Shown here piece after piece: positions 47,948 to 57,521 of a stretch of DNA of 64,000 bases. This DNA comes from a virus, in the IMG/VR virus record IMGVR_UViG_3300023243_000351; one strand, written 5' to 3'. Each line of letters starts with the position of its first letter. Positions within the stretch are counted from its first letter, which is position 1. Position numbers and translations under genes: made by a program. A model generated the notes under the pieces. The model was not told the origin of the DNA, did not search any database, and saw nothing but the letters and a program-made list of their open reading frames with translations.

Positions 47948-48433
47948 TTAGGTAATTCCGGTACCGTTGATGTACCAGGTGTTGGTGTCCACTTTCAACA
48001 CTGTAGCAACACCATAGTTTCCAACTACTCTTGCAACACTTGTGCTATTGCCTGCTAGGAATAACCCAACGTTAGAAGCCATTGGCTCAACTCTAACAAC
48101 TCCGGCAGCGTTTGCAATTATCTGCATCTCTGTGCCAATTGGCAATGCTAGGTTTGCATTAAACGGAATGGTAATACTCCTAACAGTACCGTCAGCATAA
48201 AAATGCTTGCCGCGATCTGCATTGGCCAGTGTCACGTTTGAGGACAATACCGTTTGTGGTACGTCATTGCCTATTAGGAATCCACCTGCTGTGGCTCCGT
48301 CTTGCACCCTTACTGCATTTAGGTCTGTGTCAACAACAAGCTCGCCTACTAGGCCTGTATAAGTTGAGCTTACTGATGTATTGCCTCGCTTGGCCAATAA
48401 GTGTGTAGTTAGTGTTACGTTACTGGTTGTCAT
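47948..48433 (-). CDS. Small virion fibre-like protein (Mtd-N-like)
   Basis: KRG...YTG..GELVVDTD...RVQDG.TAGG; C-terminal TNTWYI.G. Confidence 0.65.
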   Translation of the reverse strand: MTTSNVTLTTHLLAKRGNTSVSSTYTGLVGELVVDTDLNAVRVQDGATAGGFLIGNDVPQTVLSSNVTLANADRGKHFYADGTVRSITIPFNANLALPIGTEMQIIANAAGVVRVEPMASNVGLFLAGNSTSVARVVGNYGVATVLKVDTNTWYINGTGIT

Positions 48434-48927
48434 TATATTTGTCCCGAATCTATCACAGCATTAGCGGCAAAGTTAAGCGGATCGCTTTCGTACCATCCCG
48501 GCAATACTTCCATCTTTAATTGTGCGCCAAAGTTATCATCCACGTACAGAGGTCTGTCAATATTAGTTGTGCTGTTTGTTAGTTTAAGTGTAAGCAGATA
48601 CATTCTCTGCTTTAGTGCTACTGTGGTTGCTTTAGGAATAGTTACACTGCACAAGCCAGTTGCGGCATTATCGATCGTAACAGCCAAACTTTCTACAGCA
48701 CCCTTTTCGAATGGATCTTGGATGTCCAATTGCATGGTGTTGCCGGTTAGATCAACGGCTTTCTGTTGTTGGTTTCTAACAACAATCTGTAGTGGGTTAT
48801 CAATACCCTGGTATACTTTTATTGGCTGGCTGAACACGACATGTTTCCTTGGTGGCAAAAAGATTCCCTGGTCCAGAATTTGGACCCGGATAATATTATC
48901 ATATAAATAACTTTGGATTTCATACAT
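48433..48927 (-). CDS. Virion protein, BppU/Ig-like fold candidate
   Basis: VYQGIDN.LQ....NQQQKAVDLTG; TAAATA 5 nt upstream. Confidence 0.55.
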   Translation of the reverse strand: MYEIQSYLYDNIIRVQILDQGIFLPPRKHVVFSQPIKVYQGIDNPLQIVVRNQQQKAVDLTGNTMQLDIQDPFEKGAVESLAVTIDNAATGLCSVTIPKATTVALKQRMYLLTLKLTNSTTNIDRPLYVDDNFGAQLKMEVLPGWYESDPLNFAANAVIDSGQI

Positions 48928-48948
48928 TAATGTATTTATTGAACTTAT

Positions 48949-49326
48949 ATGGTTGACATAGACTACGAGAAACTATTAACAGATTATCCCTTCCTAACCT
49001 ACTTAATATATGGTAATAACGAATATATAGGGATAATTCAGAATGTAGATGACATAGTCACTACAATATACGATTATGGTGCCTTGAAAAGCGTTGAAGA
49101 AAAGCAAATATTCTTAAAATTAGCTGATACATGGTGGTGGGAAAGTAATCGACTTATCCCTATAAACGTATTTTTAAAAGCAGAATGGCAGCCATTCAGA
49201 GTTGTTGTAAAAACTATGAACAGTAAAGGCGTAGAAATAAAATTTGGTCCGCAGATTAGTTTAAATTCGATATCGGCAAAACGCACAAAACGAAGAAGTA
49301 TTACTCTTGTCCGGAAATTAAGTTAA
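48949..49326 (+). CDS. Hypothetical protein
   Basis: 125-aa ORF, WWWESNR motif. Confidence 0.65.
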   Translation: MVDIDYEKLLTDYPFLTYLIYGNNEYIGIIQNVDDIVTTIYDYGALKSVEEKQIFLKLADTWWWESNRLIPINVFLKAEWQPFRVVVKTMNSKGVEIKFGPQISLNSISAKRTKRRSITLVRKLS

Positions 49327-49879
49327 TATTTACAGCAACCAAGTGCGCATAACTTACTGCGTGTGCTTTCTTAAAGTAATAACTATCATCAGTCGGCTTT
49401 TCCCACACAGTTTTTTCAACTCCAGCCCAGGGCTTGCCTATTAGGTGGCGTTTTGCAGGACGCATAACAGCCAAGAACATTGCCAACTTTTCAATTGCGT
49501 TGATCTTTTCTGGCATCTGCACAAGAGTGCTGTAGTGATTTCCTATGTGTATAAGTTTACTACAAAAATCTGGATCATATAAACTTTCCCAAACTGGTTC
49601 CTGTGCCATCAATCGATCCAAGTGTGCTTCGTTTTTTATCTGTGAATACAATCCTACATTGAGAATGTCTAATTTAATGTACCCACGATCTTCTGCAGAG
49701 TCATGGTCGATTGTAGCAAAGCCCGTAAATGGATCAACTGGAATATCAGTAAAGTATACACCTGTGTTATGTTTAACAAGACCGGTGTTACGCAATATAC
49801 TAGCTGGAGTTTGTTTAAAATACTTCAGAGCTTTTACTCTATCACCTACATCGATATCAATATCACTGGTAAACTTCAT
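49301..49879 (-). CDS. Miniature DnaE (Pol III alpha)-like catalytic core
   Basis: SDIDID, KHNTGVY, GYIKLDIL, LAVMRP, YYFKKAHAVSYA in 192 aa. Confidence 0.75.
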   Translation of the reverse strand: MKFTSDIDIDVGDRVKALKYFKQTPASILRNTGLVKHNTGVYFTDIPVDPFTGFATIDHDSAEDRGYIKLDILNVGLYSQIKNEAHLDRLMAQEPVWESLYDPDFCSKLIHIGNHYSTLVQMPEKINAIEKLAMFLAVMRPAKRHLIGKPWAGVEKTVWEKPTDDSYYFKKAHAVSYAHLVAVNINLISGQE

Positions 49880-50556
49880 AATCCTGCTTCCGCTAACAAG
49901 TGTTTAGTCCACTCTACATCACCCATGTAGTCAATAAACTTTCTATTCCAGTAGTCTGGATCAATCCAGGGGAGGATAACACTAATTTGATCATCCCCAA
50001 GAGTAGATAACCAATCCACACCGGAAACACAATTAAACACAATCCAAGGACTAATGCGCCCGGTACTGATATGATGGCAAATCCTATTAGCATTACCATA
50101 CCGAAAATAGTCTTGGAACCCCGCAAGTCCCGAACCGTTGCTTGCATAATCTTCCATGGTTTTAAGAGCACGTTCAAGAGCATCCTGTACTGCCTCCTTC
50201 TTTAAGTATTCACGCATCCATTCATCATAAAAAACATCTTTTGTCCAGTAGTCTAGTTTCTTGTTATTTTTCAATAACCAAGTTGTGTAATTTTGTATGT
50301 TGAGGCATTTGATGTTAACACAATGCCTGCCAAATTTTACAAATGCCTTGTAGTATGGACTGGTTATAAAGTCTGCATAACTTTTGTTTTTTGCACTGCC
50401 CTGTGTTGTTTCGAAAAACTGCAAGTAAGCTCTAAGTCCAAACTGCACACCTGTTTCTTTTTCCTGTTGCCATCGTCGCTTGGGCTCACAGAGATGTGCC
50501 GCAAGTGTTGATTCCTTGCGATAACTCTTACTACAGTACTTACAGGTGTAACTCAT
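49876..50556 (-). CDS. Protein with N-terminal C2H2-like zinc finger
   Basis: YTCKYCSKSY.....L..HLC. Confidence 0.7.
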   Translation of the reverse strand: MSYTCKYCSKSYRKESTLAAHLCEPKRRWQQEKETGVQFGLRAYLQFFETTQGSAKNKSYADFITSPYYKAFVKFGRHCVNIKCLNIQNYTTWLLKNNKKLDYWTKDVFYDEWMREYLKKEAVQDALERALKTMEDYASNGSGLAGFQDYFRYGNANRICHHISTGRISPWIVFNCVSGVDWLSTLGDDQISVILPWIDPDYWNRKFIDYMGDVEWTKHLLAEAGL

Positions 50557-51268
50557 GTTTCCTTATATGTGTTTCCAAGTAGTTGTTTATCCATTCGTGT
50601 GCGCCTGCCTCACGGTGTCGCATTTCTGCTTCTATGTGTTCTTCGTCGGACATGTATGGCACTCCTGCTCTGTGTTGCTCGCGTACAGCACACCATGTAA
50701 AATCATTTACTATGTTTTTATTACCTTTTAGTAATTTTATTCTATTAGGTGCTTTTATCAATGTATCGGGCCACCAAATGTCTGCTTGTTGATATATTAT
50801 ACAGTTATGTCCTCGATGTGTCAAACTATCGATCATTGCTAACATTTGGTACATTAAATTTTCTACTCTATCTACTAGAGATAGTTTTTCATACCGTTCT
50901 CTAAACAAGATCCACTGTTTGGTTTCCCAGTCGTTCCATTCTGCTACCCATCTATTCTTACCAAAATGTTGATTTTGTGGGTTGGTCCAAGCACCTTCCC
51001 ATACTTCTTGTTTGGTATGTCTATCTGTGTAGTGGCAAATGGGTAGTTCTTCCCTGCTTATAAAAGTAAACCCTATTACATATAGAGTCTTGTGCGGTGT
51101 TTCGTGACTGTGTTTGAGTGTTGTTCTAATGATCCGACTATTAGCACTTCCTGTTATGCTAATGTCATGCGGTGTTAAGTTAAATCTCTTTGCCAGATCA
51201 ATATGACCGTTGCCTTGAGTATATGACGCCATGTAACTGCATCCGTTAGTAACTAGTTCAGTAATCAC
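50540..51268 (-). CDS. SGNH-like protein
   Basis: TNGCSY, GSANSRI, C-terminal H....H. Confidence 0.55.
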   Translation of the reverse strand: MITELVTNGCSYMASYTQGNGHIDLAKRFNLTPHDISITGSANSRIIRTTLKHSHETPHKTLYVIGFTFISREELPICHYTDRHTKQEVWEGAWTNPQNQHFGKNRWVAEWNDWETKQWILFRERYEKLSLVDRVENLMYQMLAMIDSLTHRGHNCIIYQQADIWWPDTLIKAPNRIKLLKGNKNIVNDFTWCAVREQHRAGVPYMSDEEHIEAEMRHREAGAHEWINNYLETHIRKHELHL

Positions 51269-51726
51269 TTGAGTGCGTCTCTGATCTTCTTGTCTTCCCA
51301 GCCGTTCAACTTTGCTAGTTCTTTAAGTTCTTTCTTGTCGCTAATTTCTGCTAGTGTTTGCAAGTCTTCATCTGTGTAGTCTGGATAAAAGTTGCGCAAG
51401 AACTTAACCACCTTGTTGTTGTTAACACGTTTCTTTTGTTTGATCCATTCATGCCTGTGTGTGCCCATACCTGGACTTACAGTTGTTGCCAACAACCATT
51501 GCAGTTCTGGGTACTTGCTTAAATCAAACCAATTTTTGTTTAATCGTTCATTGCAACTCATCAGATAGTATCCCTGCAATTCAGCACTGCCGCCTACTGC
51601 ACTGCCCCAACGGATCATTAAGAAGTTGCTGAACTTTTTGCGTTCCTCATCGGTGAGTTCGCTATAGAATGATCTGTTCTTCTGATCAAACTGTTTCATT
51701 TCATAAAATATGTCTAGTTTATTCAT
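51265..51726 (-). CDS. Clamp-loader small subunit (T4 gp62-like)
   Basis: KKFSNFLMIRWGS, LQWLL, WIK pattern; replication context. Confidence 0.55.
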   Translation of the reverse strand: MNKLDIFYEMKQFDQKNRSFYSELTDEERKKFSNFLMIRWGSAVGGSAELQGYYLMSCNERLNKNWFDLSKYPELQWLLATTVSPGMGTHRHEWIKQKKRVNNNKVVKFLRNFYPDYTDEDLQTLAEISDKKELKELAKLNGWEDKKIRDALK

Positions 51727-52019
51727 ACTGGATGATGCATTGTTGGTCCGTCGTCGTCTTTCTTACTAAGTTCATACAGTACTTTAGCACGTTCTAGTGC
51801 TTCTTGCAAGGCGGGATTGCCCTTTGCGGCAGTTACAATTTTATGCCAATAGTGTGATTCTTGTATCCAGTTGTCAACTGGGTATGTTCCTATTAATACT
51901 CTTTCACTGTGTGATTTGCCAACAGGCCTACCCCAAATATTACCATATGTGTCGTTTTCGTAAATGTACTTGGTGCCTGTTTCTACTGTTTCCCATTCAA
52001 TTTGATCTTTTGGATCCAT
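51723..52019 (-). CDS. Hypothetical protein
   Basis: YIYE..., NPALQEALERAKVLYELSK. Confidence 0.6.
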   Translation of the reverse strand: MDPKDQIEWETVETGTKYIYENDTYGNIWGRPVGKSHSERVLIGTYPVDNWIQESHYWHKIVTAAKGNPALQEALERAKVLYELSKKDDDGPTMHHPV

Positions 52020-52602
52020 CTATGTATTTCCTTGCAGGTTCTGTAACTATGTATCTACCAGTTAGCCTATCCTGGAAGCCCTCAATGACTTCACGATGCA
52101 GGGGTAGATCTTCTAGCCCATAGTCAGGCGATGTACATTCGTAGTTGGTGTTGAACGTACTAGCAAAATAAATTTGCGGTATGTCAATGTCTTTAACACA
52201 CTCATGCACAAACTTGTGGTGTAGGTGTCCATAATCACCATCTTCATTATGTGTCAGTATTAGTCTATAGCCACGTGCCAGGTACTGTATCTTTGCTTTT
52301 GCTTCTTTGCCATCGAATCCCAACTCGCCACGCTCTACATAACTGTAGTCATCACGGTTGCCCAGGAAATACGTATCAATGTTGTGCTTGCGCCAAAATG
52401 ATCTTACTTCCCGTGCTCTGTCATCCTTGTCAAAGTAGGTTAGGTATATTATATCCCATTTGAATTCGGGATGAATATGCAGGAACGGATATCCAAATAT
52501 AATGCAATCATCTGGATGTGCTACCAGCAGTAGTGCTCTACCAGCACTTGGAGTAGTCAACGATTTCACTCTGTCTTGAGATATCTTTAACAAAATATGC
52601 AC
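51997..52602 (-). CDS. PIG-L/LmbE-family deacetylase
   Basis: VAHPDD, R..E, THN..GDYGHLHH; start uncertain. Confidence 0.75.
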   Translation of the reverse strand: MHILLKISQDRVKSLTTPSAGRALLLVAHPDDCIIFGYPFLHIHPEFKWDIIYLTYFDKDDRAREVRSFWRKHNIDTYFLGNRDDYSYVERGELGFDGKEAKAKIQYLARGYRLILTHNEDGDYGHLHHKFVHECVKDIDIPQIYFASTFNTNYECTSPDYGLEDLPLHREVIEGFQDRLTGRYIVTEPARKYIDGSKRSN

Positions 52603-53041
52603 ACCTTGGCTTTTTTACATTAGTATCTAAGGGTATAGCAAGTAATTGTCCCGGACGTAATTTAGGGAAATACCATTTTACATCTTGGTATATGTCAGCT
52701 ATTTCTATAGGAGCAAAACTTGGTCTGTAATCGGTTAACGGATTAAAAATATAAGTGTTGAATCCTCTATCATTAATACTTGTCAACGGAACTACTTCTA
52801 GGTCTCCTACGTCCGCTTCTCCGATCAGTACATGCCAATCCACAGGCATTTTAATCTGGGCGTCACCTATACGCAATACCAGTGCCGGGCTATTAAATGA
52901 TTCAAGGAAGATCAAAGGAATGTAAAAGTAATCAGGATTACGAGGGTCGCTATTGTCTAGCACCGCAAAACGCATATCGTCTACTTCGTCAGGTATCTCA
53001 TTTAGTTCATATGCTACATTATCAAGTGTTAGTATTCTCAT
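52538..53041 (-). CDS. Hypothetical protein, possible degenerate Hint-like fold
   Basis: RILTLDN..ELNEI, LRIG..IKMP.DW pattern. Confidence 0.45.
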   Translation of the reverse strand: MRILTLDNVAYELNEIPDEVDDMRFAVLDNSDPRNPDYFYIPLIFLESFNSPALVLRIGDAQIKMPVDWHVLIGEADVGDLEVVPLTSINDRGFNTYIFNPLTDYRPSFAPIEIADIYQDVKWYFPKLRPGQLLAIPLDTNVKKPRCAYFVKDISRQSEIVDYSKCW

Positions 53042-54036
53042 TAGTAAGTTAATCTCCAGTTCTGAAAGCTATGGTCGTACCATATTTTTATATCGGCGTG
53101 GGGTTGTTTGGGGAAGTTTTTGTTTCTCACCCTAATTAGGACTGTTTTTGCAGGACTGCCCCATATAGTGTCTTCGACACTCATGTAAATATCATCTATC
53201 ATTCTTGCTCGCCATTTTACTATTATAACAAAATTCTCATATTTACAAAAGGATGGTAAGTTTTCCTTTGGTATAGTAAAGGCAACATGATCAACACTGG
53301 TATTGGCATCGTTAAGGTCAACCACAAATGGCTCATGTTGGTATTCACAATCAAACTTTAAATCAATACCATCTGCTTTAAAGTGAGGCAATTGCTGAAA
53401 CAGATTGTTTATCATGTTGAATCTGTATAGTGTACTATCCGCGGGATGTTTTTCCTGGAATGAGTGGTTAATTGTTTTTTCGTATGCGTGGTCGATCTCA
53501 ATGTCAGGTTGAAATTCAAAGGCTTCTGACTCGGCGTAGACTAAAGGTAGTATAGGATGGTTCTTGTAAATCTCTGCTGTTACTTCAATCTTTCCTGGAA
53601 TAAAAGTTCCGCCCCACTGTTTAGCATGCTTGGACAGGTCAACAATATTCTCGTTAAAGATAGGATTGCCAATGGTCTCTGAAATAAAATAATCTATGTC
53701 GTCTGGAATATCCAATCTGTTACAACGTAAGAAGTTTTTGTTAATTACCTGTATGTTTGTAATACCAAGTTTACTGATCATGTCTCTGGCATACTCTGCT
53801 CGACCTGGATCCATTTCGATGCTGTAAACTTTCTTTGCTCCGGCCTTGGCGGCTAGAATACTTAACAGTCCTGTGCCTGTACCTATGTCACACATGACAC
53901 TGCCTGGTGCTACACGTTCTATCGCGGCTTTGTATGCAATATTACGTCCAGTATCATTGATCATTGGCATGTAAATACCGTTGTTTTTGAACCAATCAAA
54001 GTCGTCTGACGATTGTGTCAACGTATTGTCAGTCAT
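53041..54036 (-). CDS. SAM-dependent methyltransferase, PRMT-like
   Basis: MINDTGRNIAY..AI, DIGTGTGLLS..AAKAGAKKVY.IE, ISETIG...NE. Confidence 0.8.
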   Translation of the reverse strand: MTDNTLTQSSDDFDWFKNNGIYMPMINDTGRNIAYKAAIERVAPGSVMCDIGTGTGLLSILAAKAGAKKVYSIEMDPGRAEYARDMISKLGITNIQVINKNFLRCNRLDIPDDIDYFISETIGNPIFNENIVDLSKHAKQWGGTFIPGKIEVTAEIYKNHPILPLVYAESEAFEFQPDIEIDHAYEKTINHSFQEKHPADSTLYRFNMINNLFQQLPHFKADGIDLKFDCEYQHEPFVVDLNDANTSVDHVAFTIPKENLPSFCKYENFVIIVKWRARMIDDIYMSVEDTIWGSPAKTVLIRVRNKNFPKQPHADIKIWYDHSFQNWRLTY

Positions 54037-54844
54037 TTATGGTAAACCTGTTCCTTATAATGTCCGCATACCTATCTGCTAGATATTCTTGACTTTGTTC
54101 TGCACCATGGTATCCTGGGTCTTCACCCGAGAACGGATATTCATTGGTTGCATACGCTGGCGTGTCTTCAAACTTGAGTGTAAAGTGTTGATCTGGTATC
54201 GAAGTAGGAAAGTGATCTCTAACCATGTCACTGGTCCATATATTACATGCCACCAACAAGAAAGGGATCTTGTAATAGTGTAACTGCATGATGCCATCAC
54301 GTATGATCCACCTGTCTTGTTGTAGTTTCCAGTTACTGTCGTACATGAAGTTAATGTATTGTCTTACTGCCTGGTTTGTATTCTTGTCTAACTGCTGACT
54401 ACGGTAATGATGATCATAGTTTTCTGCTAAACTAAAAATAGTTTCTGATATCATTCTGTAGTTGTTGTTACCCCAGTTGATATTGTTAACTCCTGCCGCT
54501 GGATCATAACCTGTGCCGTGATCAGTTTGCAGGTGTTGCTGTAGGTCACTGTTCCACCCTTTGTTTTCATTCTTAGGTGCTACATAAGGGGCGGCACCTC
54601 CTGGTATTTCCATCCTGTCAGCGAACGTGGGTGCTACTATAGCAAAGTCTGGCTTTTGGCGTAGTATCTCATCTACCATTACACGTATGCCGCCATTGCT
54701 CATGCCTTGACGTGCCAGGTGTACCAAATCCCAATCCAGCTTGGCCGCTAGTTTTTCACCCCAGCTGGTTCCTAGTAGTGCAGGGTCTGTACTGGGCGCA
54801 CTGAAACTGCACCCTGTGATCATTAGTTTTTTTCTTATTGCCAT
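54029..54844 (-). CDS. SGNH-like protein
   Basis: ITGCSFS, LARQGMSNGGI, YH...Q. Confidence 0.55.
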   Translation of the reverse strand: MAIRKKLMITGCSFSAPSTDPALLGTSWGEKLAAKLDWDLVHLARQGMSNGGIRVMVDEILRQKPDFAIVAPTFADRMEIPGGAAPYVAPKNENKGWNSDLQQHLQTDHGTGYDPAAGVNNINWGNNNYRMISETIFSLAENYDHHYRSQQLDKNTNQAVRQYINFMYDSNWKLQQDRWIIRDGIMQLHYYKIPFLLVACNIWTSDMVRDHFPTSIPDQHFTLKFEDTPAYATNEYPFSGEDPGYHGAEQSQEYLADRYADIIRNRFTIND

Positions 54845-56289
54845 TCTGTTTTCTCCACGGCAAACGGATAGTTTGCATCTCGATAAAATGCTTTACGTTT
54901 AGTCAGGTGTCTTTTTGCGAACTTGCAGGTACTGGTTATGTCCCAGATCTGTACGAAGTCTTTGTCTTGGGCTTTACGAATACCCCTACCAATTGACTGG
55001 ATAACCCGTACAAAACTTTTACCAGGCTCAATGAGAACCAGATTAAAAATACGGGGAATGTTAATGCCAACACTAGCAACGCCATAGGTGGCGATGATGA
55101 TCTTACCTTCTGCCTCTGCCACTTCGTCATAATGTTCTTTTCGCTCCAATGCTTTGGTTGCACCTGACACAAATACACTACCGGGCAAGCGTGAGTGTAG
55201 TTCTTTGCCTGAGTTTATTCTGTCTACTAGAATAAGTGTATTACCTGTGTCTGTAATTTTACTTATCATTTCTGAAATGTAGTCTAAACGATCGCTGTTC
55301 TCCAGCAGATACTTTAACTCACTTTGGTAGTTGGTGTATTCAGTATGGTCGACTAACTGTACAACATTAACATGGCACATAGCCAGGTGTCCTGCTTCCT
55401 GTAGTTCACGTGCGCTTAGTTGTCCAATAACAGGTCCCAAGTTGCAGAATATACTCATGAATTCAAACTGCTCTTTGGGTATTGTGCCGGTTAGTCCCCA
55501 ACGGATTGGGATACATCCCATAGGTCCACTCAGCAGTGTTTTAAGTGCGTCTGCTTTAGCACCGTGTACTTCATCAACAATAACACCAACAACACCTTCT
55601 AAGAACTCGCCTATAGTAATATCTGCTTCTGCGTTCCTAGTTTGTTTAAGCATGTTGTTGAGGCTTTGCCAAGTACATATTGTGTGCAGCCGACCAAACT
55701 CTTTTCTATCGCCATAGTAAACACCAACGTCCAGGTCCAAGTTAACAAAGTCTTCTTCTGTCTGTGTAACCAAGCTCTTGTTGGGCACGATAATAATAGT
55801 GCGGCCGTACTCACCAACCTTGTCAGCAAGTGCCGCAGTCATAATAGTTTTACCTGCGCCTGTTGCTACTTCTTGTACGCACTGGGGGTTCTTTAAGAAG
55901 CCGTTAATCAATTCAACTTGGTAGTCCCTGAGTTCTATTGGTTCACCAACCTTGGGATGATTCTTGGGCCATACTTTGTGTGAGTAACTTTGTTCATTTA
56001 CTTCTGTAAAGTCAAAGTTAGTTCTGTAGTCTCTGAGGTCTTCTACTTCAAGATCGTAACCTTGTTCATCTAGATACGGAAGTATCTCTGGTAATATATT
56101 AATGTAGGTGCTACCGCCAAGATTAAAGAATGGCACTTTACCATCCCAGCGTCCTAGTCTGACTGCTGGTTGATAACGTGCGCCAGGAACATCAAACTTA
56201 TACTTGCGCACCAATGCCGTCCTGGTACCAAGTTCTAGTCCTTCGATCTTTACATTAACTTCATCTTTAATTATTAACTTGGCTTTCAA
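54835..56289 (-). CDS. uvsW: SF2 DNA helicase, UvsW-like
   Basis: LRDYQ, ATGAGKT, VDEVH, GLTGT, QSIGRGIR; probable TTG start at 56289. Confidence 0.85.
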   Translation of the reverse strand: MKAKLIIKDEVNVKIEGLELGTRTALVRKYKFDVPGARYQPAVRLGRWDGKVPFFNLGGSTYINILPEILPYLDEQGYDLEVEDLRDYRTNFDFTEVNEQSYSHKVWPKNHPKVGEPIELRDYQVELINGFLKNPQCVQEVATGAGKTIMTAALADKVGEYGRTIIIVPNKSLVTQTEEDFVNLDLDVGVYYGDRKEFGRLHTICTWQSLNNMLKQTRNAEADITIGEFLEGVVGVIVDEVHGAKADALKTLLSGPMGCIPIRWGLTGTIPKEQFEFMSIFCNLGPVIGQLSARELQEAGHLAMCHVNVVQLVDHTEYTNYQSELKYLLENSDRLDYISEMISKITDTGNTLILVDRINSGKELHSRLPGSVFVSGATKALERKEHYDEVAEAEGKIIIATYGVASVGINIPRIFNLVLIEPGKSFVRVIQSIGRGIRKAQDKDFVQIWDITSTCKFAKRHLTKRKAFYRDANYPFAVEKTEWQ

Positions 56290-56290
56290 T

Positions 56291-57448
56291 CTATTTTCCT
56301 TTGTATGTATTGTACACTTCTGTAGCAAAGAACACAACCTTTTCTGCACGTTGCAACAATAAAGTTTTTTCTGCACCATGCATCATGCCAGCACTGGTTA
56401 CTAACAAAGGAATATCCTGTGGCCAGTGTGAACGATATTTGGTAAAGTACACAACCTTTTTGTCTGTTGTGTCGATAGGTTCATTGTTACGTGGTGCAAA
56501 TAATACCTCATCTTCGTTAAAATAACCTAACACAAACTTATCGCGTAGTCTGTTACTAAGGTCTGGTTCGTATACATAAACTGGTAATCTTTCTGTAACC
56601 TGTGCATAGACAAATAGTGCATCCAGCACTTCTTTGTTGGCATCTGGGTTGTAGTTTACATGATTACCTTTTAGTAGGTTAAACAAGCGTGTGCTTTCAA
56701 ACTTTTTCAAGAACAAGTCTTCAACTTGCTGACTCACTAAGAAATAGCACACACCAGCCAGATCGATAACTTTTATTAAGTTGTTGATAGTTATGTCTCC
56801 TGCTTTCTTGGTCACAAATTCTAACAGCGATGCAGGGGCATTACGAATAACCAACTGAGTGTCCACAACATCCAACTGTACGTGTTGTGGTTTAGTCTGC
56901 GTTATCTTTTTCTCAATATCAAACAGTTGTGAGTCAATTTCAAAATCATGATGCCTCGCAATAAACATTGTAGCGGCTAAGTTGGGCTCTGTTAGTGCTA
57001 TGCGCCACTGTTTGGTTTCTTCATTATGAAAACGCCAACTACCGCAACTGATCTTAGTAGCATCTCTAACCATGTCAACAATCTTAGGTTCAAAAGAAAA
57101 CTGTAGTACTATTTGGTCTTGCTCTAGCCACATCATTCGTCTGCGATCAATTGTACGCAAAGGCTTTCTGTACTGGGGATTTTCAACAGGAGCAACGTCT
57201 ACTCTTTTTGCCTCCAATTGTCGTTTGTATTTTAAAATCAGTTTGCAAGCCAGTTCGGCCTGCTTGTCTGTTAACCCTTGTCCCCCGCGGACACTTGTGG
57301 CCATGCTGTTAATTACTCTAACATCATACCTAGCCAAACTGATTATGGGCTCTATCTTCCCGAACATACCGTAGTACTTGTTGGTTACCGGATCCCTGTC
57401 ACCATTTATAATTTCTAAGTAATCTTCAACGTAGGTAAATTTTTGCAT
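56291..57448 (-). CDS. Hypothetical protein
   Basis: 385-aa ORF; TTGACT-16-TATACT promoter upstream. Confidence 0.6.
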   Translation of the reverse strand: MQKFTYVEDYLEIINGDRDPVTNKYYGMFGKIEPIISLARYDVRVINSMATSVRGGQGLTDKQAELACKLILKYKRQLEAKRVDVAPVENPQYRKPLRTIDRRRMMWLEQDQIVLQFSFEPKIVDMVRDATKISCGSWRFHNEETKQWRIALTEPNLAATMFIARHHDFEIDSQLFDIEKKITQTKPQHVQLDVVDTQLVIRNAPASLLEFVTKKAGDITINNLIKVIDLAGVCYFLVSQQVEDLFLKKFESTRLFNLLKGNHVNYNPDANKEVLDALFVYAQVTERLPVYVYEPDLSNRLRDKFVLGYFNEDEVLFAPRNNEPIDTTDKKVVYFTKYRSHWPQDIPLLVTSAGMMHGAEKTLLLQRAEKVVFFATEVYNTYKGK

Positions 57449-57484
57449 GTTAGATATAAGTATACACTAGTATTAGAAGAAGTC

Positions 57485-57521
57485 AAAAAAAGACCTACCG
57501 GATTATTACATCCGATAGGCC
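57485..57521 (-). terminator. Intrinsic terminator of the early AAA-ATPase operon
   Basis: GGCCUAUCGGAU-GUAAUA-AUCCGGUAGGUC plus U7; G-U pairs only work on the minus strand. Confidence 0.85.
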
